Assembly: GCA_038235795.1 (NCBI GenBank)
Contig: JBBSTP010000001.1
Location: forward strand, 1-44,730
From: Lysobacterales bacterium
GTDB taxonomy: Bacteria > Pseudomonadota > Gammaproteobacteria > Xanthomonadales > Xanthomonadaceae
Length of the DNA: 44,730 nt
Direction: 5' to 3'
The notes under the pieces: model-generated
What the model saw: only the letters and a program-made list of their open reading frames with translations
What the model was told of the DNA's origin: nothing
The model's database searches: none
Position numbers and translations under genes: made by a program
Shown: positions 7,046-16,879 of the stretch, piece by piece
Numbering within the stretch: the stretch's first letter is position 1
Layout: each line of letters begins with the position of its first letter

Positions 7046-9997
7046 GTGGAAGCTTCCCACTCCGTGGGCGCGCTGGAGCGCGACCTCTCGCAAGCACTCG
7101 GCGCGGCCGTGCGCTTCGACGATGGCCACCGGGCGGTCTATGCCTCCGACGCGTCTCTCTACCGGCAGATCCCGATCGGAGTGGTCGTCCCTAGAACACT
7201 GGACGACTTCGTCAAAGGCATCGAGGTCTGCCGCCGTCACAACGCTCCGGTGCTGATGCGCGGCGGTGGCACGTCGATGTGCGGCCAGACCGTCAACATC
7301 GCCGTCGTGTTCGACCTGTCGGCGTTCTGCGACGCGATCCTCGACGTCGATCCGGTGTCCGGCACGGCCTTGGTGGAACCGGGGGTGGTATGCGACAGCC
7401 TGCGTGACGCGGCCGAGCAGCATGGCCTCACCTTCGCGCCCGACCCCTCCACCCACAGTCGATGCACCCTGGGCGGGATGATCGCCAATAACTCGTGCGG
7501 CCCGCACTCGGTGATGGCCGGCAAGACGCTGGAGAATGTCGAGGCGCTGGAGGTCATGACCTACGATGGCGCGCGCTTCTGGGTCGGGCCAACCACCGAC
7601 GAGGAACTCAAATCGATCATTGCCGCGGGCGGGCGTCAGGGCGAGATCTATGGCCGGCTGCGCGACCTGCGCGACCGCTACGCAGTCCTCATCCGCAGCA
7701 AGTTCCCGGACATCAAGCGCCGGGTTTCGGGCTACAACCTCGACCAGTTGCTCCCAGAGAACGGCTTCAACGTCGCTCGGGCGCTGGTGGGCACGGAGGG
7801 CACTTGCGCCTTGACGTTGCAGGCCAGGGTTCGCTTGGTCAAAAGCCCTGCGAAGCGGGTGGTGCTGGTCCTCGGGTTTGCGGACATCTATGTCGCGGCT
7901 GACGCCGTGCCCGAGTACCAGCGCTTCTCGCCGATCGCCATCGAGGGGCTTGATCGCGCCATCATCCGCGGCCTGCAGGCCCGCAACCTGGCGCAGGCCG
8001 AGATCGACCTGCTACCCGACGGCGACGCCTGGGTGATGGTGGAGTTCGGCGCCGACACCGTGGAGGAAGCCACGGCCCAGGCGCGCCAGGCGGAAGCATA
8101 TTTCAGCGCCCGTCCAGCCGGCCCGGTCCCTTCCGCCTGGGTGGTGACGGACCCGGTAGTGCAAAAGCGCATCTGGTCGATCCGCGAGAACGGCGCCTCA
8201 GCGACCCAGTTGTCGATCGACCCCGATATTCCAGACCCGCAGGTCGGTTGGGAAGATGCGGCGGTCGATCCGCTGCGCCTCGGTGAGTACCTCCGCTCGT
8301 TTCAGGCGTTGGTTGACCGGTACGGCTATTGCACCTCACTGTTCGGCCATTTCGGCGATGGTTGTGTGCACGCCCGCATCACTTTCAACCTGCGTACCGT
8401 CGAGGGCGTGGCGCAGTTCCGCGCCTTCATCCGCGAGGCCGCGCAACTGGTCGTGGACTGTGGTGGGTCGCTGACCGGCGAGCACGGCGACGGTCAGGCC
8501 AAGGCCGAGTTCCTACCGATCATGTTCGGCGATGAACTGATGGAGGCACTGCGCGAGTTCAAGCGCATCTGGGATCCGGAGAACCGGCTTAACCCCGGCA
8601 AAGTGGTCGATGCCTATCGCGTCGACGAGAACCTGCGCATGGGTCCCCAGTACAAGGTCGTCAAGATCGCCACGCGCATGGACTTCCGGAGCGCCGAGGG
8701 CGACGGCTTCCAGCGTGCCGTTGAGCACTGCGTGGGCATGGGGCGCTGCCGCAGCGGCAAGGCCAACACCATGTGCCCGAGTTACCGCGCCACGAAGGAA
8801 GAGCGCTTCTCGACGCGTGGGCGCTCGCGCCTGTTCTGGGAGATGCTGCAGGGCGATGTGATCAAGGATGGCTGGAACAGCGAGTCGGTCAAGGAGGCGC
8901 TCGACACCTGCCTGGCATGCAAGGGCTGTCGCAGTGACTGCCCGACCCACACCGACATGGCTTCTTACAAGGCCGAGTTCCTGTCGCACTATTACGAAAA
9001 GCACATGCGTCCCCGCCAGGCGCTGACGATGGGCCGCATTGGCGACTGGGCCCCGCTGGCCGCGAAGGTGCCATGGCTGGCCAACCTGATGACACAGACG
9101 CCGGTGCTGTCCTCCATCTCCAAACTGGTGGGTGGAGTCGCGTCCGGCCGCGACATGCCCAAGTTCGCCACCGAACCATTTCGCAAGCTTGCGCGAAAGC
9201 GCAAGACGGCGCAACCGGGCGCCCGCAAGGTCATCCTCTGGGTTGACACCTTTTGCGAGCACTTCCACCCGGAGGTCGCCGAGGCAGCCGTCGAGGTGCT
9301 GGGACACGCGGGCTTTGAGTCAGTGCTTCCCGCAACGCTACTGTGCTGCGGCCGACCGCTTTACGACTTCGGCTATATCGACCTGGCGCGCGAAAAGTTG
9401 CGCAAGGTGCTTGACGTTGTGGGGACGCAAATGGCGCAGGACGCCGATGCGCCGATCGCCGTGGTCGGCCTTGAGCCAGGTTGCATGTCGGTCTTCAAGG
9501 ACGAACTGCTCAAGCTGTTCCCGGACGACCCGCGCGCCAAGCGGCTGGCTTCCAGCGTCTGGTTGCTGGGCGACTTCCTGCACGACCACGGCTACCAGCC
9601 GCCGCGTATGGAGATCGACGTGCTGGTGCATGCCCATTGCCACCAGAAGTCGCTGTTCGGCACGAAGGGCGATGTGGCATTGCTCAAGGCCATGGGGGCG
9701 CGCGCAGTGCACCTGGACAGCGGCTGCTGCGGCATGGCGGGATCGTTCGGCTTCAACCCCGAACACATCGAGATCTCGAAGGCGGTCGGGGAGTTGGTTC
9801 TACTGCCCGCGGTGCGCCAGGTCGGCCAGGACACGGTGATCCTCACCAACGGCTTTAGCTGCCGGGAACAAATCCGGCAGGGTGCTGGTCGCGAGGTGAT
9901 GCACTTGGCCGAGTTCCTTCGAATTGCGCATCAGCGCGAGGAAGAGGGTGCCAGTTTGTCTACTCCATCAGCCACCCTCCCAAACCAACGCATGTGA
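7046..9997 (+). CDS. FAD-linked, Fe-S-binding 2-hydroxyacid dehydrogenase (fused GlcD-GlcF / YdiJ-like)
   Basis: RGGGTS, APDPST...CTLGGMIANNSCG, GHFGDGCVH, GEHGDG, CVGMGRC, CLACKGCRSDCP, CCG motifs; 983 aa. Confidence 0.88.
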   Translation: MEASHSVGALERDLSQALGAAVRFDDGHRAVYASDASLYRQIPIGVVVPRTLDDFVKGIEVCRRHNAPVLMRGGGTSMCGQTVNIAVVFDLSAFCDAILDVDPVSGTALVEPGVVCDSLRDAAEQHGLTFAPDPSTHSRCTLGGMIANNSCGPHSVMAGKTLENVEALEVMTYDGARFWVGPTTDEELKSIIAAGGRQGEIYGRLRDLRDRYAVLIRSKFPDIKRRVSGYNLDQLLPENGFNVARALVGTEGTCALTLQARVRLVKSPAKRVVLVLGFADIYVAADAVPEYQRFSPIAIEGLDRAIIRGLQARNLAQAEIDLLPDGDAWVMVEFGADTVEEATAQARQAEAYFSARPAGPVPSAWVVTDPVVQKRIWSIRENGASATQLSIDPDIPDPQVGWEDAAVDPLRLGEYLRSFQALVDRYGYCTSLFGHFGDGCVHARITFNLRTVEGVAQFRAFIREAAQLVVDCGGSLTGEHGDGQAKAEFLPIMFGDELMEALREFKRIWDPENRLNPGKVVDAYRVDENLRMGPQYKVVKIATRMDFRSAEGDGFQRAVEHCVGMGRCRSGKANTMCPSYRATKEERFSTRGRSRLFWEMLQGDVIKDGWNSESVKEALDTCLACKGCRSDCPTHTDMASYKAEFLSHYYEKHMRPRQALTMGRIGDWAPLAAKVPWLANLMTQTPVLSSISKLVGGVASGRDMPKFATEPFRKLARKRKTAQPGARKVILWVDTFCEHFHPEVAEAAVEVLGHAGFESVLPATLLCCGRPLYDFGYIDLAREKLRKVLDVVGTQMAQDADAPIAVVGLEPGCMSVFKDELLKLFPDDPRAKRLASSVWLLGDFLHDHGYQPPRMEIDVLVHAHCHQKSLFGTKGDVALLKAMGARAVHLDSGCCGMAGSFGFNPEHIEISKAVGELVLLPAVRQVGQDTVILTNGFSCREQIRQGAGREVMHLAEFLRIAHQREEEGASLSTPSATLPNQRM

Positions 9998-10049
9998 GAC
10001 ATGCACCCGCCATGTCAACAAATGCCGTCGTGGCAAACCGAAGAGCGAC

Positions 10050-11519
10050 ATGCCGCTAACACTTTCACGCGCTGACCTAATCCGCACCTCCAATTTCATC
10101 GGCGGGCGCTGGATCGCGGGTGCGAGGCGTACGTTCGCAGTGTGCAACCCTGCCGATGACAGCTTGATCGTCGAAGTGGCCGACAGCGACGACGGTGATG
10201 CGAGATCTGCCATCGATGCGGCGGCCGCTGCCTTGCCGTCCTGGCGCGCGGCGCCTGCGCGCGAACGGGCCCAGGTGCTCAAGGGGTGGCACGCACTCAT
10301 CCTGCAGCATCAAGAAGACCTGGCCCGGTTGATTTCACAAGAGCAAGGCAAGCCCTTGGGCGAAGCGCGCGGTGAAATACTCTACGCAGCTGGCTATGTG
10401 GAATGGTTTGCCGAGGAGGCGATCCGAAGCTACGGCGACGTCATCCCTGAGACAGCACGTGGCCGCAAGATGCTGGTGGTAAAGGAAGGTGTAGGCGTCG
10501 TCGCAGCCATCACTCCGTGGAATTTCCCTGCCGCGATGATTGCGCGCAAGCTGGCGCCCGCACTTGCTGCCGGCTGCACGGTGGTGGCAAAGCCTGCAGA
10601 GGACACACCATTGACCTCGCTGGCCCTCGTCGCTCTTGCGGCCGAGGCAGGCGTCCCCGCGGGCGTGCTCAACGTGGTTACCGCGTCACGGGCGCAGGCC
10701 GCCGAAGTCGTCGATGTTTGGCTGGGTGATGCGCGCGTGCGCAAGATCACCTTCACCGGCTCGACGCCTGTGGGCAAGCACCTCGCCCGCGAGTCCGCTT
10801 CAACCCTGAAGCGCCTCTCGCTGGAACTCGGCGGCAATGCGCCGTTCATCGTGTTCGACGATGCCGATGTAGACGCGGCCGTGGACGGCCTCATCGCTGC
10901 AAAATTTCGAAACGGTGGCCAAACTTGCGTCTCGCCAAACCGCGTTTTTGCACAGTCAGGCATCCACGATGAATTTGTCGAGAAGCTGGCTGGGCGCGTC
11001 GCAGCCCTGAAGGTGGGACCTGCGACGGATGAAGCATCCCAGATCGGTCCCATGATCAACCGGCAGGCCGTTCGAAAGATCGCGAGCCACATTGCCGACG
11101 CAGTAGCGCACGGGGCCAAGGTAGTGGTCGGGGGCGCGACTGACGACGCTGAGGCATCGAACTACATCTCCCCGACGGTTTTGGCAGGCGTCACAGACAC
11201 CATGCTGTTGGCGAAGGAAGAGACCTTCGGCCCGGTCGCTGCGGTGTTCCGGTTTGACACCGAGGCCGAGGTCGTCGAAGCAGCGAACGGCACGCCATAC
11301 GGACTTGCCGCCTACTTTTATTCGCGCAACGCTGCGCGGATCTGGCGCGTGGCAGGCGCGATCGAGTGCGGCATCGTAGGCGTCAATGAAGGTCTCATTT
11401 CCTCAGAGACAGCGCCGTTTGGCGGCATCAAGGAGTCCGGCTATGGCCGCGAGGGGTCGCGTCACGGGCTGGATGACTACATGAACATCAAGTACGTTTG
11501 TCAAGGCGGGTTGTCATGA
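10050..11519 (+). CDS. gabD: NAD(P)-dependent succinate-semialdehyde dehydrogenase
   Basis: EQGKPLGEARGE, ITPWNFP, FTGST, SLELGGNAPF, KFRNGGQTCV, EETFGP, PFGGIKESGYGREG; start at ATG 10050. Confidence 0.88.
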   Translation: MPLTLSRADLIRTSNFIGGRWIAGARRTFAVCNPADDSLIVEVADSDDGDARSAIDAAAAALPSWRAAPARERAQVLKGWHALILQHQEDLARLISQEQGKPLGEARGEILYAAGYVEWFAEEAIRSYGDVIPETARGRKMLVVKEGVGVVAAITPWNFPAAMIARKLAPALAAGCTVVAKPAEDTPLTSLALVALAAEAGVPAGVLNVVTASRAQAAEVVDVWLGDARVRKITFTGSTPVGKHLARESASTLKRLSLELGGNAPFIVFDDADVDAAVDGLIAAKFRNGGQTCVSPNRVFAQSGIHDEFVEKLAGRVAALKVGPATDEASQIGPMINRQAVRKIASHIADAVAHGAKVVVGGATDDAEASNYISPTVLAGVTDTMLLAKEETFGPVAAVFRFDTEAEVVEAANGTPYGLAAYFYSRNAARIWRVAGAIECGIVGVNEGLISSETAPFGGIKESGYGREGSRHGLDDYMNIKYVCQGGLS

Positions 11520-11551
11520 ACATCGCCAAGCGCGATTGATAACAACCCGAT

Positions 11552-11579
11552 GCAGCCCCAGAGAGGCTGCCGGTTTTTT
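11552..11579 (+). terminator. Possible weak intrinsic terminator/attenuator after gabD
   Basis: GCAGCC-ccagaga-GGCTGC followed by cggTTTTTT. Confidence 0.3.
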
Positions 11580-11600
11580 AGCTTTCTCAAAGGAGACAAC

Positions 11601-12923
11601 ATGGAAACCGTCCAAGAACGCGCCGTCGTGCGCAAGGTATTCATGCGCCTCGTCCCCCTGCTCATGGGGCTCTACATCATCTCGTACATTGATCGTGTAA
11701 ACGTTGGTTTCGCCGCGTTGACGATGAACAAGGACATCGGCCTCAGCGCCTCGATATTCGGCTGGGGCGCTGGCATCTTCTTCGTCGGGTACTGCCTGTT
11801 TGAAGTTCCAAGCAACCTCATGATGGTGAAGGTTGGCGCGCGCCGATGGATCGCGCGAATACTCTTCACGTGGGGGGTTCTTGCCAGCGCCATGGCGTTC
11901 ATTCAAGGCCCGACCAGTTTCCTCGTGATGCGATTTCTTCTGGGTGTGGCAGAGGCGGGCTTCTTCCCTGCAGTGGTGCTGTACCTGACCTTCTGGTTTC
12001 CAGCGCGGTACAGGGCCCGCATCATTGCAACGTTCTCGCTGGCCATCCCGCTTGCGCTCGCGATCGGTGCGCCGGTATCGACGCTGATCATGGAGATGGA
12101 CGGCGTCTTGGGATACAAAGGATGGCAGTGGCTTTTCTTTCTCGAAGGCATTCCCGGCGTCTTGCTTACTCTCGTGGTTTTGAGGGTCCTGCCGGACAGC
12201 CCGCAGGGTGCCAAGTGGTTGAACGCTGCTGAGCGCAAATGGCTGGCGGACGAACTCGAAAAGGATGTGCAGGCCAGCCCTGCTGCGGGCAAGGATGGCG
12301 CGCATCTTTCTGTTCTACAAGTATTCAAGCACCCAGCCATCCTTACGCTTTGCTTCATTTATTTCTGTGCCACTGCCACCAACCTCGGGGTGTCGCTATT
12401 CCTTCCGCAAATCGTGAAGCAGCAGGGTTTCACCAACATGCAAACCGGCTTGATCTCCGCGGTCCCCTATATTTTTGGCTGCATCGGGATGATTGGAATC
12501 GGGTACCTTTCCGACCGACACAACGAACGCAAGGGGTACGTGATCGCGGCGATGCTGATCGCTGCCGCTGGTCTTGGCCTTGCCGGATGGTTCGGCAACA
12601 CCATCGCCGCCATCGCAGCGCTGTGCCTTGCCACGATTGGCATCTTGGGCATCAAGGGACCGTTTTGGTCATTGCCTTCTGCGTATTTGACCGGTGCGAG
12701 CGCGGCAGCCGGGATCGCCTTCATCAATTCTGTGGGCAACCTGGGTGGGTTCTTCGGACCATCCATCGTGGGTATGGCGCGTGAATTGACCGGTAACTTT
12801 GAAAGTGGGCTGTACGCGCTGTCCGGCTTGGCAGTGGCCGCGGTATTCGTTGCCCTCATCGGCGTGAGATCGACTGCGAAAAGCCGTCGGTTGAGAGAAA
12901 CGGGCCAAGCGGTCGTTGGCTAG
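11601..12923 (+). CDS. MFS transporter, anion:cation symporter (tartrate/phthalate-like organic acid permease)
   Basis: YIDRVNVGFA, FEVPSN, MRFLLGVAEAGFFP, GWQWLFFLEG; AGGAG RBS before ATG 11601. Confidence 0.9.
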   Translation: METVQERAVVRKVFMRLVPLLMGLYIISYIDRVNVGFAALTMNKDIGLSASIFGWGAGIFFVGYCLFEVPSNLMMVKVGARRWIARILFTWGVLASAMAFIQGPTSFLVMRFLLGVAEAGFFPAVVLYLTFWFPARYRARIIATFSLAIPLALAIGAPVSTLIMEMDGVLGYKGWQWLFFLEGIPGVLLTLVVLRVLPDSPQGAKWLNAAERKWLADELEKDVQASPAAGKDGAHLSVLQVFKHPAILTLCFIYFCATATNLGVSLFLPQIVKQQGFTNMQTGLISAVPYIFGCIGMIGIGYLSDRHNERKGYVIAAMLIAAAGLGLAGWFGNTIAAIAALCLATIGILGIKGPFWSLPSAYLTGASAAAGIAFINSVGNLGGFFGPSIVGMARELTGNFESGLYALSGLAVAAVFVALIGVRSTAKSRRLRETGQAVVG

Positions 12924-13212
12924 AAGCGGACGCCCCGAGAGCGTGCGTCTATTCCAAACCCAAAAGTGCGAAGTGTTGTTTCTCCCGCATGCCGTCTTGC
13001 GGCGCAGTGCGAACAAGCGCAAGTCCGATCCCCTGTCGACGCAGCGCTTGCGTTTCTAACGCTATACGGCCCGCGTGTCCACTCCGACAGCCTCTGACAG
13101 CCTCGTTGATACCTTTTTTGTCTGAGGAACTGGTGCGGCAAAAAAAGAGCGAGGCGTTGCCGGTTGCACAAGGGCCGCCTTTCCGTCTGATTGTTCAACT
13201 CAAGGATTTCCC

Positions 13213-14880
13213 ATGAAAGCATCCGACCTGTTCGTCAAAGCCCTGGAGAACGAGGGCGTCGATCGCATTTTTGCGGTGCCCGGTGAAGAAAATCTCGATC
13301 TCGTCGAGTCGCTGCGGCGCTCCAGCATCCAGCTCGTCCTGACACGGCATGAGCAGTCTGCGGCCTTTATGGCCGCAACGCACGGTCGCCTGACGGGCAA
13401 GGCTGGCGTGTGCATGGCCACGCTCGGCCCCGGCGCGCTGAACCTGGTCACTGGCGCAGCATATGCGCACCTCGGTGCGATGCCGATGATCCTCATCACT
13501 GGCCAGAAGGCCATCATGACAGCCCGCCAGGCGCGCTTCCAAATCGTCGACATCGTCGCCACGATGAAGCCGCTGACCAAGGCGTCTCGGCAGATCGTGA
13601 GTGCGGCCAGCATCCCGACAGTGGTGCGTGAAGCGTTCAGGCTAGCGGAAGAGGAGAGGCCTGGCCCCGTGCATCTCGAGCTGCCGGAAGACGTCGCCGG
13701 CGAGACGCTGCCCGACGGCATCACTATCGTCGAAGTGCATCCGGTCGAGCTCCCGGAAGCGCAAGACGCTTCGGTCGAGCGAGCCGCCCAGATGCTGATG
13801 AGGGCACAGCGTCCACTGGTTATGTGCGGCGCGGCCACCAACCGACCGCGGCTCGCCGGCCAACTCACCGATTTCGTGCGCCGCACCGGCATCCCTTTTT
13901 TCAACACGCAGATGGGCAAGGGCACGTTTGCGGCCCTTGGCAACGAGGATGGCGGTACCGAATTGTGGATGGGTACGGCCGCATTGACCGAGCGCGACTA
14001 TGTCCACGAAGCGATCGACCAAGCCGATCTGATTCTGGCCATCGGCCATGACACGATCGAGAAGCCGCCTTTCATCATGGGCGCCAATGGGCCCAAGGTG
14101 ATCCACATCGGCTATACACCAGCCAACGTGGAGCAGGTGTTTTTCCCGCACGCCGAAGTGGTGGGCGACGTTGAATCGAGCTTGGCGCGCTTGGCCGACA
14201 AGGTGGAGGGCAAACTGCCGAACGCGGCCGCGTTGGTGCCGTTGCGGGAAGGCATCTTGAGGCGAACGCTGGACCGAGCCACCGAATCTCGCTTTCCACT
14301 GACGCCGCAACGCATCGTTCACGATGTGCGGGCGGTCATGCCGTTCGACGGTGTGGTGGCGCTTGACAACGGCATGTACAAGATATGGTTCGCGCGCTGC
14401 TACCGCACGCGCAGCGCCAACGCGCTCTTGCTGGACAACGCACTTGCCACGATGGGTGCCGGCTTGCCCTCGGCGATGATGGCCGCGCTGTTGTACCCGG
14501 AGCGACGCGTGTTGGCGGTTTGTGGCGACGGCGGTTTCATGATGAACTCGCAGGAGCTGGAGACCGCCGTGCGGCTGAGGCTCAATCTTGTGGTGCTCAT
14601 CATCCAGGACGACGCCTACGGGATGATCCGCTGGAAGCAGGCGGTCGACAATTTCACAGATTGGGGTTTGACCTTCGGCAATCCGGACTTCGTCAAGTAC
14701 GCCGCGGCCTATGGCGCCGAAGGAAGACGCGTCGAAGGGGCTGAAGGTCTAGCCCCGGCACTCGAAGCGGCATTCCGCGCGGGCGGGGTGCAACTGGTAA
14801 TCGTGCCGGTCGACTATTCGGAAAATGGCCGCGTGCTCGTCGATGAACTCAGGAACCGCGTTCCAGAGGTGGCGCTGTGA
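13213..14880 (+). CDS. ThDP-dependent enzyme, 'acetolactate synthase-like' family; candidate 2-oxoglutarate decarboxylase
   Basis: LENEGV..IFAVPGEENL, TRHEQSAAFMA, TLGPGA, LLDNALATMG, GDGGFMMNSQELET; no ilvH/ilvN small subunit nearby. The family call is solid, the substrate is inferred. Confidence 0.85.
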   Translation: MKASDLFVKALENEGVDRIFAVPGEENLDLVESLRRSSIQLVLTRHEQSAAFMAATHGRLTGKAGVCMATLGPGALNLVTGAAYAHLGAMPMILITGQKAIMTARQARFQIVDIVATMKPLTKASRQIVSAASIPTVVREAFRLAEEERPGPVHLELPEDVAGETLPDGITIVEVHPVELPEAQDASVERAAQMLMRAQRPLVMCGAATNRPRLAGQLTDFVRRTGIPFFNTQMGKGTFAALGNEDGGTELWMGTAALTERDYVHEAIDQADLILAIGHDTIEKPPFIMGANGPKVIHIGYTPANVEQVFFPHAEVVGDVESSLARLADKVEGKLPNAAALVPLREGILRRTLDRATESRFPLTPQRIVHDVRAVMPFDGVVALDNGMYKIWFARCYRTRSANALLLDNALATMGAGLPSAMMAALLYPERRVLAVCGDGGFMMNSQELETAVRLRLNLVVLIIQDDAYGMIRWKQAVDNFTDWGLTFGNPDFVKYAAAYGAEGRRVEGAEGLAPALEAAFRAGGVQLVIVPVDYSENGRVLVDELRNRVPEVAL

Positions 14881-16004
14881 AGACCCGTGCCGCCGTCCTC
14901 TACTCGATGGACTCAAAGCCGCCTTATGCGGTATCCCGACCCTTGCGCATCGAAGAGGTCGACCTGGCACCGCCAGGAGCCGATGAGGTGATGATCAAAG
15001 TCGTTGCCGCCGGCTTGTGCCATTCGGACCTTTCGGTGATCAATGGCGATCGTCCGCGGCCGATGCCGATGGCGTTGGGCCACGAAGCCGCGGGCATCGT
15101 GGAGCAGCTGGGCGAAGGCGTGACGGACCTCAAGGTCGGCGATCATGTGGTCGTGGTGTTTGTGCCGAGTTGTGGCCACTGCGCGCCCTGCGCTGAAGGC
15201 CGGCCGGCACTGTGCGAACCAGGTGCCGCGGCCAATGGTGCGGGAACTCTGCTCTCGGGCGCAAGACGCCTGAGTCTTGGAACGGGAGTGCTTAACCATC
15301 AACTGGGCTGCTCGGTATTTGCTGAGTACGCGACGGTGTCGAGACGCTCGCTTGTCAAGATCGACCCGACCGTGCCGCTGCACGAGGCGGCGTTGTTCGG
15401 CTGCGCGGTGCTCACCGGGGTTGGCGCGGTCGTCAACACGGCCAAGTTGCAATTGGGCGCCTCGGTGGCGGTGATTGGACTGGGCGGCGTGGGGTTGGCC
15501 GCGTTGATCGGGGCGGTTGCAGTCGGTGCGCGCCAGATCATTGCCGTCGATTTGGCCGATGACAAGCTGGAGCAGGTGCTCGCACTCGGCGCGACCCACA
15601 CGGTCAACGCGGGGCAAGCCGACGCGCTGGAGCAGATTCGCGCGCTGAGCTCAGGCGGCGTGGAGTTCGCCTTCGAGTTCGCAGGCTCGGTTCGCGCGCT
15701 CGATCTCGCCTACAAGATCACGCGCCGCGGCGGCATGACCGTCACCGCCGGGCTGCCGCCGGCCGCAGCGCTGTTCCCCCTGCCAGCCGTCAGCCTAGTC
15801 GCCGAGGAGCGCACGCTCAAGGGCAGCTACATCGGCACCTGCGTGCCTTCGCGCGACATCCCGCGGTACATCGAACTCTACAAGCAAGGTCGCCTGCCGG
15901 TGGACAAGCTGCTCACCGGCCGCTTGAAGCTCGAAGACATCAACCATGGATTCGACTTGCTGCACGAAGGCAAGGCGATTCGCCAAGTCGTGGAATTCGC
16001 ATGA
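14877..16004 (+). CDS. Zn-dependent medium-chain alcohol dehydrogenase
   Basis: GLCHSD, GHEAAG, CGHCAPC..C structural Zn site, GCAVLTG, GLGGVG; GTGA overlap with the upstream gene. Confidence 0.92.
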   Translation: MKTRAAVLYSMDSKPPYAVSRPLRIEEVDLAPPGADEVMIKVVAAGLCHSDLSVINGDRPRPMPMALGHEAAGIVEQLGEGVTDLKVGDHVVVVFVPSCGHCAPCAEGRPALCEPGAAANGAGTLLSGARRLSLGTGVLNHQLGCSVFAEYATVSRRSLVKIDPTVPLHEAALFGCAVLTGVGAVVNTAKLQLGASVAVIGLGGVGLAALIGAVAVGARQIIAVDLADDKLEQVLALGATHTVNAGQADALEQIRALSSGGVEFAFEFAGSVRALDLAYKITRRGGMTVTAGLPPAAALFPLPAVSLVAEERTLKGSYIGTCVPSRDIPRYIELYKQGRLPVDKLLTGRLKLEDINHGFDLLHEGKAIRQVVEFA

Positions 16005-16870
16005 CTACGCAAACCGAACAGGCTGACGGCGCCAAGCCATGGGTGGAGGCCTGGGCCCGGAACATGGCGCCGCTCTTGAGGACCGTATTCCCCGGAGCAC
16101 CAGACTCGGCCGCCGACGATGCGAAGTCCCCCATCGAGGAGCATTTCGCGGCGCTCAACGATACCTGGAAGGATTCGATCGAAAAGTGGTCTGCGTTGGC
16201 GAAAGAGGGGGCGCGCCCGGAGGCTCTCACACCCGAAGCCTTGCTGGAGCTTTTCACGCCAGCGCGCTGGAGCGGTCCTGGTAGCGGCGCGTTCGATTCC
16301 GGCTTGAGTGAAGTGCTGAAAGGGCCTAGGTACGCAACGCTGTGGAATATGGATCGCGAACTGCTCCAGCTCCAACAGCGCGCGTACGAGCGCGACAGGC
16401 TGGTTATGGCTTACCAGGCCATTGTCCGGAAAGCGTGGAACAAGGCGTTCGAGCGCTTCTCGCAATCCTTCGCGTCGAACAAGAGCGAAGCTCCGGCAAC
16501 GTGGCGCGCAATGGCCGACCGTTGGCTCGCCGTTGCCAATGAAGTGCTGATCGAGGCACACCGGTCGGACGAGTTCATCGAGGCCCAGACCCGCATGCTG
16601 CGCGCTTCCTCCGAATATCGCCTTCAGGAGCGCCAACTCGCTGAAGGATGGTGCGCCGCCAGCCACATTCCGACGCGCACCGAGATGGATGAGATGCAGC
16701 GCGTCGTCACGGAATTGAGACGGGAGACCCGGCTGCTGCGTCGCCAGGCGGCCTCATCCGCCGAGCCGGCGCCGCGCTCGCCAGCTCCGACGCAGCGCGC
16801 CGCTCGCGCCCCTGCACGCAAGCCGAGCGCTGCCGCTGCCAAAAAGGCACGCCGAGCAACCAAGGCCTGA
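16001..16870 (+). CDS. phaE: Class III PHA synthase subunit PhaE
   Basis: DRWLAVANEVLIEAHRSDEFIEAQ...IPTRTEMDEMQRVVTELRRE (PhaE PTRxE motif); directly before a class III phaC; ATGA overlap. Confidence 0.85.
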   Translation: MTTQTEQADGAKPWVEAWARNMAPLLRTVFPGAPDSAADDAKSPIEEHFAALNDTWKDSIEKWSALAKEGARPEALTPEALLELFTPARWSGPGSGAFDSGLSEVLKGPRYATLWNMDRELLQLQQRAYERDRLVMAYQAIVRKAWNKAFERFSQSFASNKSEAPATWRAMADRWLAVANEVLIEAHRSDEFIEAQTRMLRASSEYRLQERQLAEGWCAASHIPTRTEMDEMQRVVTELRRETRLLRRQAASSAEPAPRSPAPTQRAARAPARKPSAAAAKKARRATKA

Positions 16871-16879
16871 GGAACACCC

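Noticed and set aside
9924-10049. N-terminal extensions in the ORF track for gabD (also for the MFS, bisC-like, second Phd and 41030/41977 genes)
   Set aside because: They overlap upstream genes or lack homology; downstream starts with an RBS or stop-start overlap fit better.
12990-13170. PhaR-type TGC-N3-GCA box (12998-13006), sigma54 or FNR sites upstream of the PHA operon
   Set aside because: The TGC/GCA motif is too common in GC-rich DNA, the GG/GC spacing at 13153-13167 is 11 rather than 10, and no TTGAT-N4-ATCAA site is present.
13213-14880. Calling the ThDP enzyme ilvB/ilvI (branched-chain amino acid synthesis)
   Set aside because: No regulatory small subunit or ilvC nearby, and the PGEENL-type N-terminus differs from biosynthetic AHAS.
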